Assembly (NCBI GenBank): GCA_951406725.2
Contig: OX597827.1
Coordinates: 81,902,001-81,966,000, forward strand
Direction of reading: 5' to 3'
DNA from: Octopus vulgaris
Taxonomy: Eukaryota
DNA: 64,000 nucleotides
Shown here: piece by piece, positions 26,610 to 41,055 of the stretch
How the letters are laid out: every line of letters begins with the position of its first letter
How positions within the stretch are numbered: the stretch's first letter is position 1
Notes under the pieces: generated by a model
Told to the model about the DNA's origin: nothing
The model's input: the letters and a program-made list of their open reading frames with translations, nothing else
Databases searched by the model: none
Position numbers and translations under genes: made by a program

Positions 26610-27170
26610 AAGATAGTAGAATGTAATTTAAATGAGTTTTGGCTGCTATTTCTACCAGCCCAAGTGTCCAATTGAAGTCCCTTTCTTGCTCTGATTATGT
26701 TGCTTTGTTGTTGCTGCTGTTTAACCCTAGGTCATCCCTCATCCAGACATTCTAACTATACTCCCGCCATCATATTTTACAGACATAGTGTATCTAGGAC
26801 TACACTATCTAATCTGTTCTTTCCTTTTTTTTGACAATATGTGATTTAAGGGGATTTAGCTTCGATTTCTAGCAAGCTCAGTGACCATGTAGAATCTCGT
26901 TACCCTAATTAGACCTTGTTGCTGTTGTTTAGCACCCCCTCCTCCAAGCTCATCAGCAGACTGATGGTCACAGACATTCCACTTGACCAACAGGTCACTC
27001 ATTCATTCAGGCATTGGCTATCTAGGACTACATTATATAAAGTGTCCCATCTTGTTTAGTATCAGGTTGTCAAACTTATGATACAAACATTCCAATCATG
27101 ACCACCCTGTCTTTTTACTCCAACATATTAAACTCATGACTCCCATTATTCTGGTTCTGAGTAATGTGTC
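26610..27170 (-). mobile_element. Cluster of old SINE-like repeats (family D, (AAC)n tail); dozens of decayed copies elsewhere (e.g. 10160-10335, 21775-21920, 22235-22415, 29085-29220, 35620-35790, 38595-39200, 42405-42625, 43230-43440, 50915-51360, 62630-62810)
   Basis: Recurrent motifs gttgttgtttaaccccaggtca, cattccagccatgacc, tctaggactacattat and gatttgagggagatttggctgctatttctag. Confidence 0.7.
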
Positions 27171-29269
27171 CCACTTAATATTCAACAACCAGTCCACCCC
27201 CCCCCCACCACCATCTTAGTCTGTAGTTATTTTGTCATCACACATTCCATCTCTCTCTCTCCCCACATTACAGACTTGAGTCATTTCATAAACTCTTAAA
27301 GGGCCAAGGGTGGTACTAACATAGCAATGGGAGGAGAGTAAGAGAGGAGAAACAGGGAGAGAGGGAGAAGGGGATTGAGTGAGGGAGATAGGGGAGAAAG
27401 AGGAATACAGAAGGAGAGAAAGGAGAGAAGGAAAAATAGGAAGGGAGAAAGGAGGAGGAGGTGAGAAAATGCCTCAGGCTTTAAAGTTATCAATATATTT
27501 TCAAACAAATCAATAACTATGATCCCAGTATTTAAAATATCAATTATTGATTATTGTTAATTGATATAATCGATTTAACAGCCTCTACCCCCCCCCCCCC
27601 CCAATATATCTCCTTGTAGCTGACAGCATGCAATTTTTTGGTATTTAGTTACATCTCTCTATGTTCTGAGTTCAAATCACTGCAAGGGAAGACAGATTCT
27701 TTGTAATTTTTACAATTCAAAATAATGTCACAGGAAAAGTTTCCCAGGGATGTCTTTTGCTGGAAGAATATAGTTAATTGGCAGCTGTCATAGTTATAAT
27801 GTTTTGAACTCTCTGAAACCCTTGATTTGTAAATGTTTTTTTGTTTTTTACTTATCATCAGGGATGGTAAAATTATATATCACTGAGGAAAACTAATAAG
27901 GCAGAAACATGTCCACAGTATTTACTAATGATCTTATACACTCCACAATACATATTTCAATCAAACTTTTGTCATTTCGGGTCTTGGAGTTGTTCTCTTG
28001 CCTTTCTGGACAACAAATATGATTAGTGCTAATGAAATTTATATTATTTACAGGTATAATTTTAATTGAATAAAATTTTTCTGGGATTGCTTACATTATA
28101 TATGTTAGCCTCCACTTAATGATATGTTCTTAGTGCAAAAGGCATCCCTGAGAAAGTTGAAGACACACACATGCTCTCTCTCTCTCACACACACATGTGC
28201 ACAAACTTACACACACACATAGACATAATATGCACACATAGATACATATATTCATATATGTGTGTATGTGTGTAGGAATGTACGTATAAGCCAATAAAGG
28301 AGCCCTGTACATCGTAGCTATAGAAATAGCAGCCAAAATTACCTGAAATCACACTTGAACCATTTTGAAAAAGAAAAATATACATTGGGTAATATACTCC
28401 GAGGTAAACCTGGAAAGCTCCTCCTCAATAAGAGGTGACTTGTTGTGAAAAACAACAATAACAAGTCAAAAGTTTTAGCTTGACTATATTGTTTCTTACA
28501 CACCAATAGGGTAGGGTGGTTATGGTTGGATTGGTGGTAAAATGATGGACAGGTGTTCATTTACCTTTTACTGCTTAACTACATACCATGGATTTGCTGG
28601 CTCCAGTGGTGGACGGCTATACAACAACAACAAGCACAACATTGAGCGCTTTCTAAACTAAGTTCTAAATTGCTTGAAATTATCTCCCCTTATATTTGAG
28701 ATTCACTCACAGGCACCACTAGGTTTTTGATTTCTTTCTCCAAGAAAGAGGTAAATTAATGAAAATTTGATAAAGACATCAACCTCATTTGAGTTATTTC
28801 CCTTGGCTTCTTCTTTATTATCAGAGATCAACTTTCTCAACAAATCTTTTTCCATTAGTAATATGAGTATGTTGTTGTTATTGTTGATGCTAAGGTAGAC
28901 TTGGTAGCATGTCAGACGAAATACTTTGTAGCGTTTCGTCTGTCTTTAGGTTCTGAGTTCAAATTCCACTGAGGGTGACTTTGCCTTTCATCCTTTCAGA
29001 GTTGATTAAATAAGGACCAGTTGAGGGGACTGGGGATTATGGAATTAATGTACCCATTTCTCCCCTAATTTGAAAGCATTGATGTTGTTGTTGCTTAGTC
29101 CCAGCTCAGTTCTAATTAACCAGACCTGATGACTGAAACCATTCCAGCCATGCCCTTCATGATATTTTGTATGCTAGCGATTACATTCTTTCATGTGGCC
29201 TTCCTTGATTTGAAGACTTATATATGTGAGATGTCGTAGTCTCCAAATTTTATTTTTTTATAAATATTC

Positions 29270-29730
29270 ACAATGACAGCAAGAACAACCCACCATAACT
29301 TCACATTACTACTTTACTCTCTTATTGTGGATGTCTATAATCAGCATCACAACGTGCACACACATACATACATATATCGGTATTATGTTTACAATTCAGC
29401 CAAGACTAGGCGCCCCCCCCCCCCACGCAATGATTCCCCTACAAAGGTTGAGACATAATTTCTTCACTGCAGATGGTCCTGCACTTTTCTATGTTATCCT
29501 GAAAGAAATTAAAGTAGGAAAAGTCCCCACAACTTTCAAACGGTACCTGGACAAATTCCTCCGGGAAATACCAGATAAATCACCTACACCTGGATACGTC
29601 TCAACCAACCACAATTCTGTGCTTCAGTGATCCATGGTATCCTCAAACAATTAACTAAAAGACTTTCCAGGTGGTGCTATTGAGTTAGTGATGGCCTGGG
29701 CCGATAATGGCCAAAACCAATCTAAGTTAT
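29270..29730 (+). mobile_element. 3' end of a CR1/L2-like LINE
   Basis: ORF fragment LRHNFFTADGPALF...FKRYLDKFLREIPDKSPTPGYVSTNHNSVL followed by a short 3'UTR. Confidence 0.75.
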
Positions 29731-29737
29731 CTATATA

Positions 29738-29781
<44 letters not shown>

Positions 29782-29784
29782 GAT

Positions 29785-30321
29785 ATTATCATCATCATTG
29801 CTTAACGTCCGTTTTCCATGCTAGCATGGGTTGGATGGTTCGACTGGGGTCTGGGAAGCCAGGGGGCTGCACCAGACTCCAGTCTGATCTGGCAGTGTTT
29901 CTTCAGCTGGATGCCCTTCCTAACACCAACCACACCATGAGTGTAGTGGGTGCTTTTTATGTGCCACTGGCACAGATTCCAGGGGAGGCTGGCAACAGCC
30001 ATAATTGGTTGGTGCTTTATACATGCCTCCAGCATGGAAGCCAGTCAAGGCGGCGCTGTTATCGGCCACGTTCGGATAGAGCTTTTTACGTGCCACAGGC
30101 ACGGGTATCACAACTACAATTTCCATTTGATTTTTATTTTGATGTTGATGTACTTGACTCAATAGGTCTCCTCAAGCACAGCAGGTCACCCTATGATCCA
30201 AGGTAAGCGCAGCAGGCTGTCCTGCAATCCAAGGTACTTTGGATGGGCTGGAGCTGCTATGTGAAACTGGTGTAGGAAACAGTCACGAACTCACGTTATT
30301 TGTCGGGTCTTCGCAGTCACA

Positions 30322-30327
<6 letters not shown>
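29785..30327 (-). mobile_element. 5'-truncated RTE-clade LINE 3'UTR (long copy)
   Basis: Same family. It ends at tcttcgcagtcacagcatat, which matches the ORF end at ~46520. Confidence 0.85.
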
Positions 30328-30377
<50 letters not shown>

Positions 30378-30849
30378 TGATCTTTATATAGCCAGTTTGT
30401 ATTTCTGTATTATATTTGGTCATTTGGTTTTGATTAAGTGACTGGAAGTAAATTACATAATATACATTACCTATGACTATATGATTGTTCCTGTCTATGA
30501 ATATATATAAATATTCAACCCATATTAAAGAGCATCATTAGTCATTTATATATAGCTGGTGTCTTGCCCCACTGCTACTCACAGTTCATTCAGGTAAAAT
30601 AGTTTTATAAAATACCATGGTGCTGTTTAGAACAAAATACTGGATATTTGAATTTTATTCATCATTTCAGGTCATGTGATGTTAATGGCTCACTAAGGGA
30701 GATTACTCCTAATTTACATATGGCATGATTTCTTGATTTTTCAGGGAGACTATTCTAAATACATATTTCATAGATGTTATTTTTTACCTCACTACATATT
30801 GTAATTGTTTATTTAGGAGGAAAAAATCATCCTGTTTATATTTCTATTG

Positions 30850-31780
30850 AATCTGACGGAAGAGTGTGTCTTTATATAGATATGTGGAAAATGTCTTCTT
30901 TTCATTTTGAGATGTTAGCTGATAAGACTGTTTATTTATTACTCTCCCACCCATAAATTCTATCTACTGTTCTTGTTATTATATGCCAGGGCTAGTTCGA
31001 AAACCCTCCCGTATGTAGTAATCTCATTGGTTCTTGTATCATTTAGTTTCTATTTATACTGAGAGAGTGATATCAAGTTGAACTAATTTCTGGATCTAAA
31101 TGAATGGATATGTTACATATGTCAGGTTTTGAAAGTGTTTTATGTCAATCCTATATATGTACATTTCTGTAACACCTGTTTAAAATTTTTTTTATATTAG
31201 AACTGTACAGCAATGCTTTTAATAGGTATTTTCTATTGAGAGGACAATGTAGGTTCTTTTTTCAGTTGCCTTCAGATTATTATGATTGTAGGGGGTTTCT
31301 GAGGTTTTGATAATAGTGACAAATTTGGAAGTTTATTTTATCAAAACACCTAAAGCTGAAATTTACACATGCCTTGTTAAATATCTTATGATACTAATGT
31401 GAAATCAGAAAGAGATGCAAACAAATAACAAAATTTGTTGCTATATTTATAAGCAATATTCTGCAACATGACAGGTAATATCAGATTATCTCCTTGTTTC
31501 TCTGTATACTGTGTTTTTTGTATAGTTTGTTCAATATACTGCATTTGATAAATAAATGTACTCTGGTATAAGGATATGATACACAGGGATGGTTTTATTG
31601 AGTGTTTACATATTTGATGAGAATTTTGGAATTGGATTCCTAATATTACCAATGGTGAAATATCTAATTGTGGGAGGGTGGTTAGAATCCTTATTAATGC
31701 ATAATGATTCTTTGCTTGGTTTTCGGGTTCTTTTCTTTTGTTTTTATTGTACTGTAAACTCTTTGAATATGCTAGTTACA
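30850..31780 (-). mobile_element. Decayed Penelope-like element, RT thumb/linker and GIY-YIG endonuclease
   Basis: Minus strand, with stops: DSNHPPTI (~31690), CPLNRK.L.K..LY (~31245), TYIGLT*NTFKT...HSF...SLSQY (~31160-31060), ALAYNN (~30990). Confidence 0.7.
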
Positions 31781-32180
31781 TATATATATGTGTGTGTGTG
31801 TGTGTGCATGTGTGTGTGTATGCTATTGCCAAGAACATGATTCAGGTGAATCCTAAGACTGACACTTAATAGGATCTTGAAAGGTCATGTGAGCACTGAC
31901 CTTTCATTTCAGAGTGTCAGAGCCCTTCAAAAGGGATCTTATTCTCCTGAGACTAATGCCATGCAAATTCAAGCATGCACTCACAGAAACATATATAAAC
32001 ACAATATTCACTTACATATATACACACATACACAACATACCACCAGGCTAAAAGCATTCACACAATCACATGCACACATACATACTTATACAGACTTATA
32101 GACTGACAGACACACACATTTATCTCTATATTATAAATATATAAATATATATATATATGCATACACACACACATATATGA

Positions 32181-32229
<49 letters not shown>

Positions 32230-32744
32230 CAGGTGAAGCTCAGTCAGTTTGGTGTGTGTGTAGTTGATGGTGAGTGGCAAGAAAAAGAAGACCATATGTA
32301 ATAATAGAGCCTCACTGAGTGAGTGAGACACTGGAGTGTGGTCTCTAAATGACGTAGAGGGAGGTTGAGTGTGAGAGAAGAGTGCAGGGGGAAGGGAAGA
32401 GTTGGAAATATAAAAGAAAGGGAAAGTGTAGGGAAAGTTAGAGGGTGCAGTGTAAGTAGAAGGATGAGTATAGAAAGAGAAGGAGAGAGAAAAAGAGAGG
32501 GAAGGATTGAATGTGTGTGTGAAGGGAATGAGTGACAGAAGAAAAGAATCTGAGAAAATGAAGGAAATCAATAAATAGCTGATGGTAGGGAGGGAGAGGG
32601 AGAGTTAAGGGGAGTGGTATTGGATAGGAGGGGGAAGAGGAGAGATGGTGAGGTGCTAAGATTGAAAGGATGAGAGCGAGAGAAATAGAGAGAGAGAGAG
32701 AGAGTGTGTGAGTGAGTGAGTGAAAAATAAAGAATGTGGTTGTT

Positions 32745-32784
<40 letters not shown>

Positions 32785-32998
32785 CTTCTCTGATCCATCT
32801 GACTCTCCGAATGTGATAGGGGTGGCTGAGTAGGATACAATTGTCCGTTGTATCTCTGTCTAATGACAGACCAGCCTAAGTACCCTGGGTATCCTGGCTA
32901 TGTACTGTGACAGTCTGGGTGGTGATGAGGGGTTGGCTCTACTCTGAATAAATGACATCAACAGATCCAGTATGCCAAATATTCGTGTGTGTGTGTGT

Positions 32999-33033
<35 letters not shown>

Positions 33034-33829
33034 TATCCCTGCCACCATCTCATTGCATTCATGCAGTGTGTGTGTGTGTGTGAGTGTAGTACTGCTACCG
33101 TCACTCTTGATGTTTGTGTGTAGCACTGCTAATACAATATATATGTGTGAGACTATGCGTGTGTGTGTGTGTGTGTGTGTAAGGGTTTGAGTATGTGCGT
33201 GTGTGTGGGTGAAATATTGCTGCCACTACACATTTATGTATGTGTGTGTTTGTGTGTTAGCGTGTGTAATACAACTGCCTGTAACACCACCAACATCGCA
33301 ACCACTGCCACCACTACACTGATATTCACTAGTTTATTGTTCCAGTGTGCCTGTTGTGGACTTGTTGATTGCTGTCCATCTGTGGTGGTGGTCATAGTGG
33401 AGTTGTAGGCTGCTCTGTCTCTGTTTCTCTCTCTCTCTCTCTCTTTAGTTCCCCCTTGAACTGCTAGAATCAACAGGCAAATCTTCCTCAAATACCTTAG
33501 AAGGAACATAACCTAATGAAGTCTGTAATTCTCTGTATATATATTTATATATATATGCATATTTGCATGTGTGTATATACATGCATATGCCTGTATATGT
33601 GTGTGTGTGTGTGTCATTTACTACCACTACATTTTGACGGCATTTGTATGATAGCTCCACTGATATGGTAGTGTATGTATGTGTGTGTGTGTGTGTGTGT
33701 GTGTGCATGTGTATGTCTGTGAGTATGTTCATGAATGTATGTATGTAGTAATCCTACTACTACACTGTCTGTGTATCTCTTTCTTTCTCTCTCTTTCTAT
33801 GCGTGATTGTATGTATACATATATACATT

Positions 33830-33889
<60 letters not shown>

Positions 33890-36461
33890 TATATATATAT
33901 ACATACACACAAATATATATGCGTATATGTATATATCCATACATAGTAAGAAAGATAGAGAGATACACACACACACACACGTGTAAGTATATATATATAT
34001 ATATATACACACACATACATAGATATACGCACACATACACACACATAGATTGGTAGGGAGAGTCTATACACTGATCAATATGCCCATACATACAAAGAAA
34101 TACATTCATACATATATACATGCAAACATGCATAAATAGATACACACACACACACACACATATGCATTGATCAATATAGTAGTGTGTATATATTTGTATG
34201 TAATCACAATGCAGCTTCCATTAAGATCTTAGTCAGTTTCTCTGTGTGTGTGTGTGTGTGTGTGTGTGTTCGATCCTGTTGAATGGCGTGCAGTCACATG
34301 ATCAGCAGCAGATCATGTGCAGGTGACATCCCCTCATTTCCTGCTCCTCCTAATCTGCCCTTTCTATCAAACACACACGCATACACACTTTCTCACCCAT
34401 AACCATTACACACATTCATGCACATATACATACACACATACATACATACTTAGAACACTCACAGACAATAGTTATAAACAGTACAAAACACAGGCTATAT
34501 ACACGATACTTTAATACACACACACACACACACATATATACACACACACACACCATAGAAGACATTTCTTTTGTTAAATTATCTCCCTTCAGTTCTACTT
34601 TCACTTTCCCTATATATATCTTCCTCTCTTTTTCTCCTTCTCTCTACATCTATCTATTTATCTATCTATTTAGGTAGCTAGCGGTCTATCTCTCTATCTG
34701 CCTTTGAATTTATCTGTCTACCTATCTCCCTATTTATCCCTCTATTTATTTATAAATCTCTCTATCTGGCTGATTACCTATCTATCTATCTATACATACA
34801 TATACATATGTACACACACGTACATATGTACACACATACCTACCTACATGCATACATAAATACATACACACTACACTCATTATCCCTATTATACATTCCA
34901 TATATACACATATATTATATACACATAACACCCAATTTATACCTACTGTATCCGTTACTCTATAGCTACTATTCAAACACACTGTATGCAAAATACAATC
35001 AATATACCTATTCTACATACATATTATATACTTTCTCTTTATATTGTGTGCAAACTTTATACATAATAATTAATATAAATAAAGATGTATATATACACAC
35101 TCACATACACACAGATATATATACAAATATATAGCTACATGCATATGATATGCAAGAGTTTTCTCAAGTTCAAAATGTGACTTGGATTTTATTTTCTCCA
35201 TTCCAACGATGGAGCTTTGCGTCTTTGTTAAGAAGAGTCCAACCCTTTCGTCAGAGGCAGATTTCAAATAATTAAAATAGAACAGAACACACACACACAT
35301 ACATAAATGCATGTATATGTGTGTATATATATGACATGCATATAAACATATATATATGGTATATATATGTGTGCGTGTGTATTTGTACACATCAGTATAT
35401 GTGTAAATGGGTATATACACATATATGAAAATATATGTTATGATATTAAGATATAGCAGTGTCCTTGCATTACTTGCATTAAATGGTGTGTGTATATACA
35501 TAGTATGTATGCTTTCAACTAATGTATATTTGCATATTGTGTGTATGTGCGTGTGTATCTACGTTGTAGTCTGTACATGGTACCTGTGTGTGTGTGTACT
35601 GTATCTAATATGATGTGTTGTTGTTAGGCCCAAATTCATTTCCAATCAAACAGACCTGTTGCCAAAATCATACCAAACCATGCCCATCACCTTGAAATAT
35701 ATAATACAATGTGTCCTTTTCTTTATAGACAGTAAGGTTGCAGTTTGAAGGCAATTTGGTTTCTATTTCTAGCGATTTGTTCCACAAAGAGGTTTTCTTA
35801 TTTGTTCCTGGTCTAGCTGATTTGTAAACGTGTATATACACACTATTGTGTCTACATATGTGTAGCAGTGTATACATATGTGTATATATACATGCATGTG
35901 CGTATATATATATATATATATATAGTACTAAGTAAGACAGGGGTTATGGGTGTATTATATATATATGCATGTTTATCTGTATGTATGTATAAATGTGTAT
36001 GTGTTTGTGTATATGCCTATGTATGTATATTGTATGTGTGTTTTACACAGAACTCCAGCCGGTCTCTACCAAAGCAATGAAGCTTTTTTGTTTAAGTGAA
36101 GACGTTCCAATGACTTCTGTGTGTATGGGCACATATGGGTGTGAGTGTGTGTGAATATGTATCCCATTGCATGCGTGGATGCAATGGTATACATATACGT
36201 GTATATGTGTTTTTATGTGGGTGTACTGTGGTATTCCCTGAAGTGAGCCTAAATGAACAAATCTAGTAAAGGCTTTCCAACCATGGCCATCACATTTTCT
36301 CTATGTTTATGGCATCTTAGACCATATTATCTCCCTTAAGTATTTTTTGAAGATTGTACAGTATGATTTGAGGGAGATTTCGTGGCTACTTTGTTGGTTC
36401 CTGTATGTATTATGTATGATGGGGGTAAGGGCCATTGTGTCTTGGTTGTGTAGGGACATAC

Positions 36462-36515
<54 letters not shown>

Positions 36516-36626
36516 ACATACATGTATGTATATATATGTATATGCATATATATTTATATACATATATTTATATATATTTATATATACATACATATATGTG
36601 TGTGCGTATATATATATATATATATG

Positions 36627-36808
36627 TCATCATCGTTTAACGTCCGTTTTCCATGCTAGCATGGGTTTGATGGTTCAACCGGGATCTGGGAAGCTAGGAG
36701 GCTGCACCAGGCTCCACTCTGATCTGGCAGTGTTTCTACAACTGGATGCCCTTCCTAACGCCAACAACTCCATGATTGTAGTGGGTACTTTTTGCATGCC
36801 ACCAGCAT
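36627..36808 (-). mobile_element. 5'-truncated RTE-clade LINE 3'UTR within (TA)n
   Basis: Same family as 3638-3965. Shorter stubs at about 7795-7836, 9619-9676 and 13459-13512. Confidence 0.85.
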
Positions 36809-36919
36809 GAAAATATATGTGTTTGTATGTATAAACACATACATACATACATATATGCACACACATTTACATATACATACATATATAAATCCATATATAT
36901 ATATGTACATATATATTCA

Positions 36920-37051
<132 letters not shown>

Positions 37052-37078
37052 TATATGTACATATATGTATATACATAC

Positions 37079-37109
<31 letters not shown>

Positions 37110-38199
37110 TATATGTACATACCTCTGTAAGTGTGTGAGTATTTATATATGTATATACATATATATGCATACATATATACACACATGTATACATATATAT
37201 GTGTGTTTGTGTATGTGTGTTGTAGTTCTTACCTCTGTATGTGCATATATCTACTAATCTATGTAGATACATAGAGATTTATTGAAATATACAATGAAAT
37301 GCACACAACACACACATAAGCACACACACATACATACAAAGATATATTAAGTAAATGATTTAAACTTCCTCACATATACACATAAACACATACCCAATGC
37401 ATACATACATACTAATATGCACAGAGGCACCTATAAACTTGCACACACACACATACATCTACTGTAGAAACACTGATTGCGCCACTACCACTACCACCTT
37501 TCTCTTTCCCTCTTGCTCTCTGTTTCACTCACCTCTCACTCTCCCTTCCATCACATGTTTATCACACACACACACACACAAGTCCATGCTACATTTATCT
37601 TCCCTCATCCCACCACCTCGATACTACGATGCTGCAGAATGAAGCCGGCCATCGTCTTTTTGCAAGCACATACACACACCTATGTACATACACACGCATA
37701 TATATATATATACATGCACCGCTGCATATACAAACCCACACTATCACACATACAATTAGGCAAACACACACATTCACAGCCTTACTCATAAATATACATC
37801 GCACTTACACCCACATATACTGACATTCACACAAACACAGCCATGTAGAAATGCCACACATACAGTCATACATACACTGGCAGACATACAAACCTACACA
37901 CACACACACACATAGACATGTTGTACGTTACAATCGGATTGGAAGAGAAATCAGATGCCAGCCAGGATATAGCAATATTTGCAGGATGTCCGCTAATGGA
38001 AACTGGGAAGGCGGATGGATTCAATAGCTTGGATGTGTGTATATATATATATATATATAAATGTGTGCCTGTGTAGAATGTGTGTGTGTGTGTGTACATA
38101 TATTTACACACTGGCTGTCATTACACTCATTTCTATATTTGTAATGTGAGAGGCAGAGGGAGAAATGATGCAGATTGGTGGGAATTGTGGGTAGAGTCT

Positions 38200-38560
38200 G
38201 TCTTACTGGGACTGTTTGTTGTGGGAAAGTGTTGTTGTAGAAAATACTTTCCTGTTGGAAGGTGTTTGTTGTGGGAGCAGGTTTGCCGTGGGAAGGTGTT
38301 TGTTGTGAGAGGCTGTTAAGTGGGGGTGCTGTTTGTAGTGGGAAGGTATTTATTGTAGGGAGGTGTTTGTTGTGGGGGAGGCTTTGTTGTGGGAAAAGTC
38401 ATTTTTATAGCTGTCGTTTGTTGTGGGGATGTTGTCTATGGCAGAAAGGTTGTGGGGAGGAGCTAGTGGCTTGCGCAGTTGTAGTGGGTATTTTTGTCTT
38501 GGGGTAAACTTGATGAGGAAATGTCTATTGTTGAGATGTGTTGTGGGAAATATGTTGTAG
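38200..38560 (+). repeat. Degenerate minisatellite, ~17-18 bp unit tgtttgttgtgggaagg
   Basis: Repeated gttgtggg motifs at regular spacing. Confidence 0.7.
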
Positions 38561-39402
38561 GAAATGTGTATGTGAAGAGATGAAAGCATTTGATGTTTGT
38601 TGCTGTTGTTTAACCCCAGGTCAGATCAAATCAAACATACAATCAATGATGTTCCAACTGTGACCACCTCATATGTCACTTTATTTTCATCCTGTACATC
38701 TAGGACTACTTACCTTTTTGTTTTTTGAATGATGGGTATAATTGAGGACAGATTTCACTACTATTTCTAAAGGATCTAATAATTATGTACAGGTTAACTC
38801 ATTGCAGGACATGGTTGCCATTACTGGTCAACCCTGATCAATCAAAAGGATTTTGATTAAAGACATTCCAGCCATGACATTTTAAGGATATCAGAGACAG
38901 CATTATTAAATGTGATATTTCCTTTTCCAAGATAATGGACTATGATTTGTGAGAGATTTGACTGCTATTTTTATCAGATGTAGCAAACATATTGATGTCT
39001 CCCTCATTGGCACATACATACTTATATATAAAAATAAGATGGTAAGATGTGATATGAGGGGCTTTTGGTTGTTATTTATAACAGGACTAATTATCACGTA
39101 GAGGTCTCCCTTATCGGCTCATACATACATGCATAAGACAGTAGGCTATGATTTGAAGGAGATTTGGCTGCTAATTCTAACAGGTCTAGCTACTATGCAG
39201 AGATGTCATTGAGATATTTTGAAAAGTGTTATTGGGATGTCTAATGCAACAATTGGCTGCAACGAGGAAAATTCAGTTGAATAGACAGACATATGTGAAT
39301 GAGGTAGACAATGTTAAGTAGACTGCAGTGGTTGATCCAGGAACATTTGCTGTAACAATGACTTGGCTAATCACTCTGAAACCACCTTCAACTCTCTCTT
39401 AA

Positions 39403-39608
39403 CCCTTTCGTTACTCTATTTATTTTGAGATGCTCTGTGTTCTTTTCAATTACTTTAAATATAACAAAGAATTTAGTAAAATAACTTGGTTATCATTCAG
39501 CTGGTGTTTGGAGCATAAACTGTGACTAAGGTTTGGTGAGAGATTTTAATTCAAAAGTTATGAAAACAAGACATTTATACTATAGAGCCATAGCTGGTAA
39601 CGAAAGGG
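39403..39608. mobile_element. piggyBac-like MITE
   Basis: Perfect 12-bp TIR CCCTTTCGTTAC / GTAACGAAAGGG flanked by TTAA on both sides (39399-39402, 39609-39612). Confidence 0.85.
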
Positions 39609-40169
39609 TTAAACACAACATTAGTTGTGAGGTGTATAGGCACGATATTGTGTGATAGTCTCAGAACATTGTGCATATTTTACCATTTGTCCTGATCCAG
39701 TTGTGTCATCTCTAGAGAATTAAAGGCATTTCATTGATGTTATCTCTCACTAAAACTCTATATAACAATACAGTGTGGGCTGTAGTTTGTGCTGTAGTTA
39801 CCACAGTAAAGCTGTACATGTCTTTACTATACAATGTTTCTCCAGTTGAGCTGTGCATTGCAACCCTAACATGCACTTTTTGCTAAATGCTATGGAATGC
39901 AGTATTACAGTGTGGAAATATTGTGCTCTCTCAACTCTCCAGTCTGTGGTGGTGGTCACTGCAGATGTGATCAGAGTTAACTCCCTGTTGCTCTATATTT
40001 ATCATTGCTGTCATCACATTGTTTGTTGTTAATAGGTTTGCTGTATAGAGGATGTGATGGGTGCTGAGTTTTGTTCTCTGTTGTGGAAAGGTTTCTGGAC
40101 CTTGGTGTATGACTGGTGGAAGCCATCATTGATTGAATGTGTTGTTTGTATGTAATAATACTAAAAATA

Positions 40170-40388
40170 ATAATCCTTTCTACTGGAAGCTCAAGACCTC
40201 TAATTTGGAGGAAGGGATTAAGTTGATTACATCAACCCCAATGCATAACTGGTACTTATTTAATCAACCCCAAAAGGATGAAAGGCAAAGTGGACCCCAG
40301 CAGAATCTGAACTGAAAATGTTGCAGCAGATGAAATACCACTAAGCATTTCACCTGGCATGCTAACCATTCTGCCAGCTTGCCGCCTT
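40170..40388 (-). mobile_element. Family A SINE
   Basis: ctggtacttatttaatcaaccccaaaaggatgaaaggcaaag...ttctgccagcttgccgcc. Confidence 0.8.
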
Positions 40389-40391
40389 TAT

Positions 40392-40422
<31 letters not shown>

Positions 40423-40804
40423 TGAAGACAATTCTAACTGGGCCCCACCTACAAGGCCGTATGCTGTTTATCTTGGAATGAGTGATGCATGTGCCTAGTG
40501 TACCTTTATGAGACAAGTGGTCATGATGGGTATACTGGGCTTCATATATTTTGTGTCATTTTGAGGGCATGCACTACTCCCTCACTCAATAATAATAATA
40601 ATAGTAATATTGTGGAGGTGTGAAACAGAACTTGGATGTTTTAGCTGTGAGAAGTGGTTATAGCTAATGTTCTCTGATGGCACAGGAAATTCCTGTAGGC
40701 ATAGATTCAAAAGGGCAGGTGAGAGGATGTCACCTTGGCATATTCAAGTCAGGAAACTGGATATTATTGCTGTTGTATATTTTATGGTTTATTGGACAAA
40801 AATG

Positions 40805-41055
40805 CTAGATTAGAAAATTACTTATTTTTAAATCTCACAACGAGAGATATTCAGTAACAGTGCTTTGGAATAGATTTCTGCCACACATCACGTTGTATAT
40901 CCAGTTGGAGACGATGTCTCCTGGGGATAAATTACAGCAACATTTGTCCTAAACCAGGACTGCCATGTTATGTTGGCAAAAAGTTTTACTCTAAATTACT
41001 GTCACTGAATATCTCTCGTTGTGAGATTCAAAAATAGTAATTTTCTTATTTATAG
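40805..41055. mobile_element. MITE with ~65 bp TIRs; its internal segment is duplicated at ~41228-41340
   Basis: agaaaattac..aatctcacaacgagagatattcagtaacagt / actgtcactgaatatctctcgttgtgagatt..gtaattttct. Confidence 0.75.
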
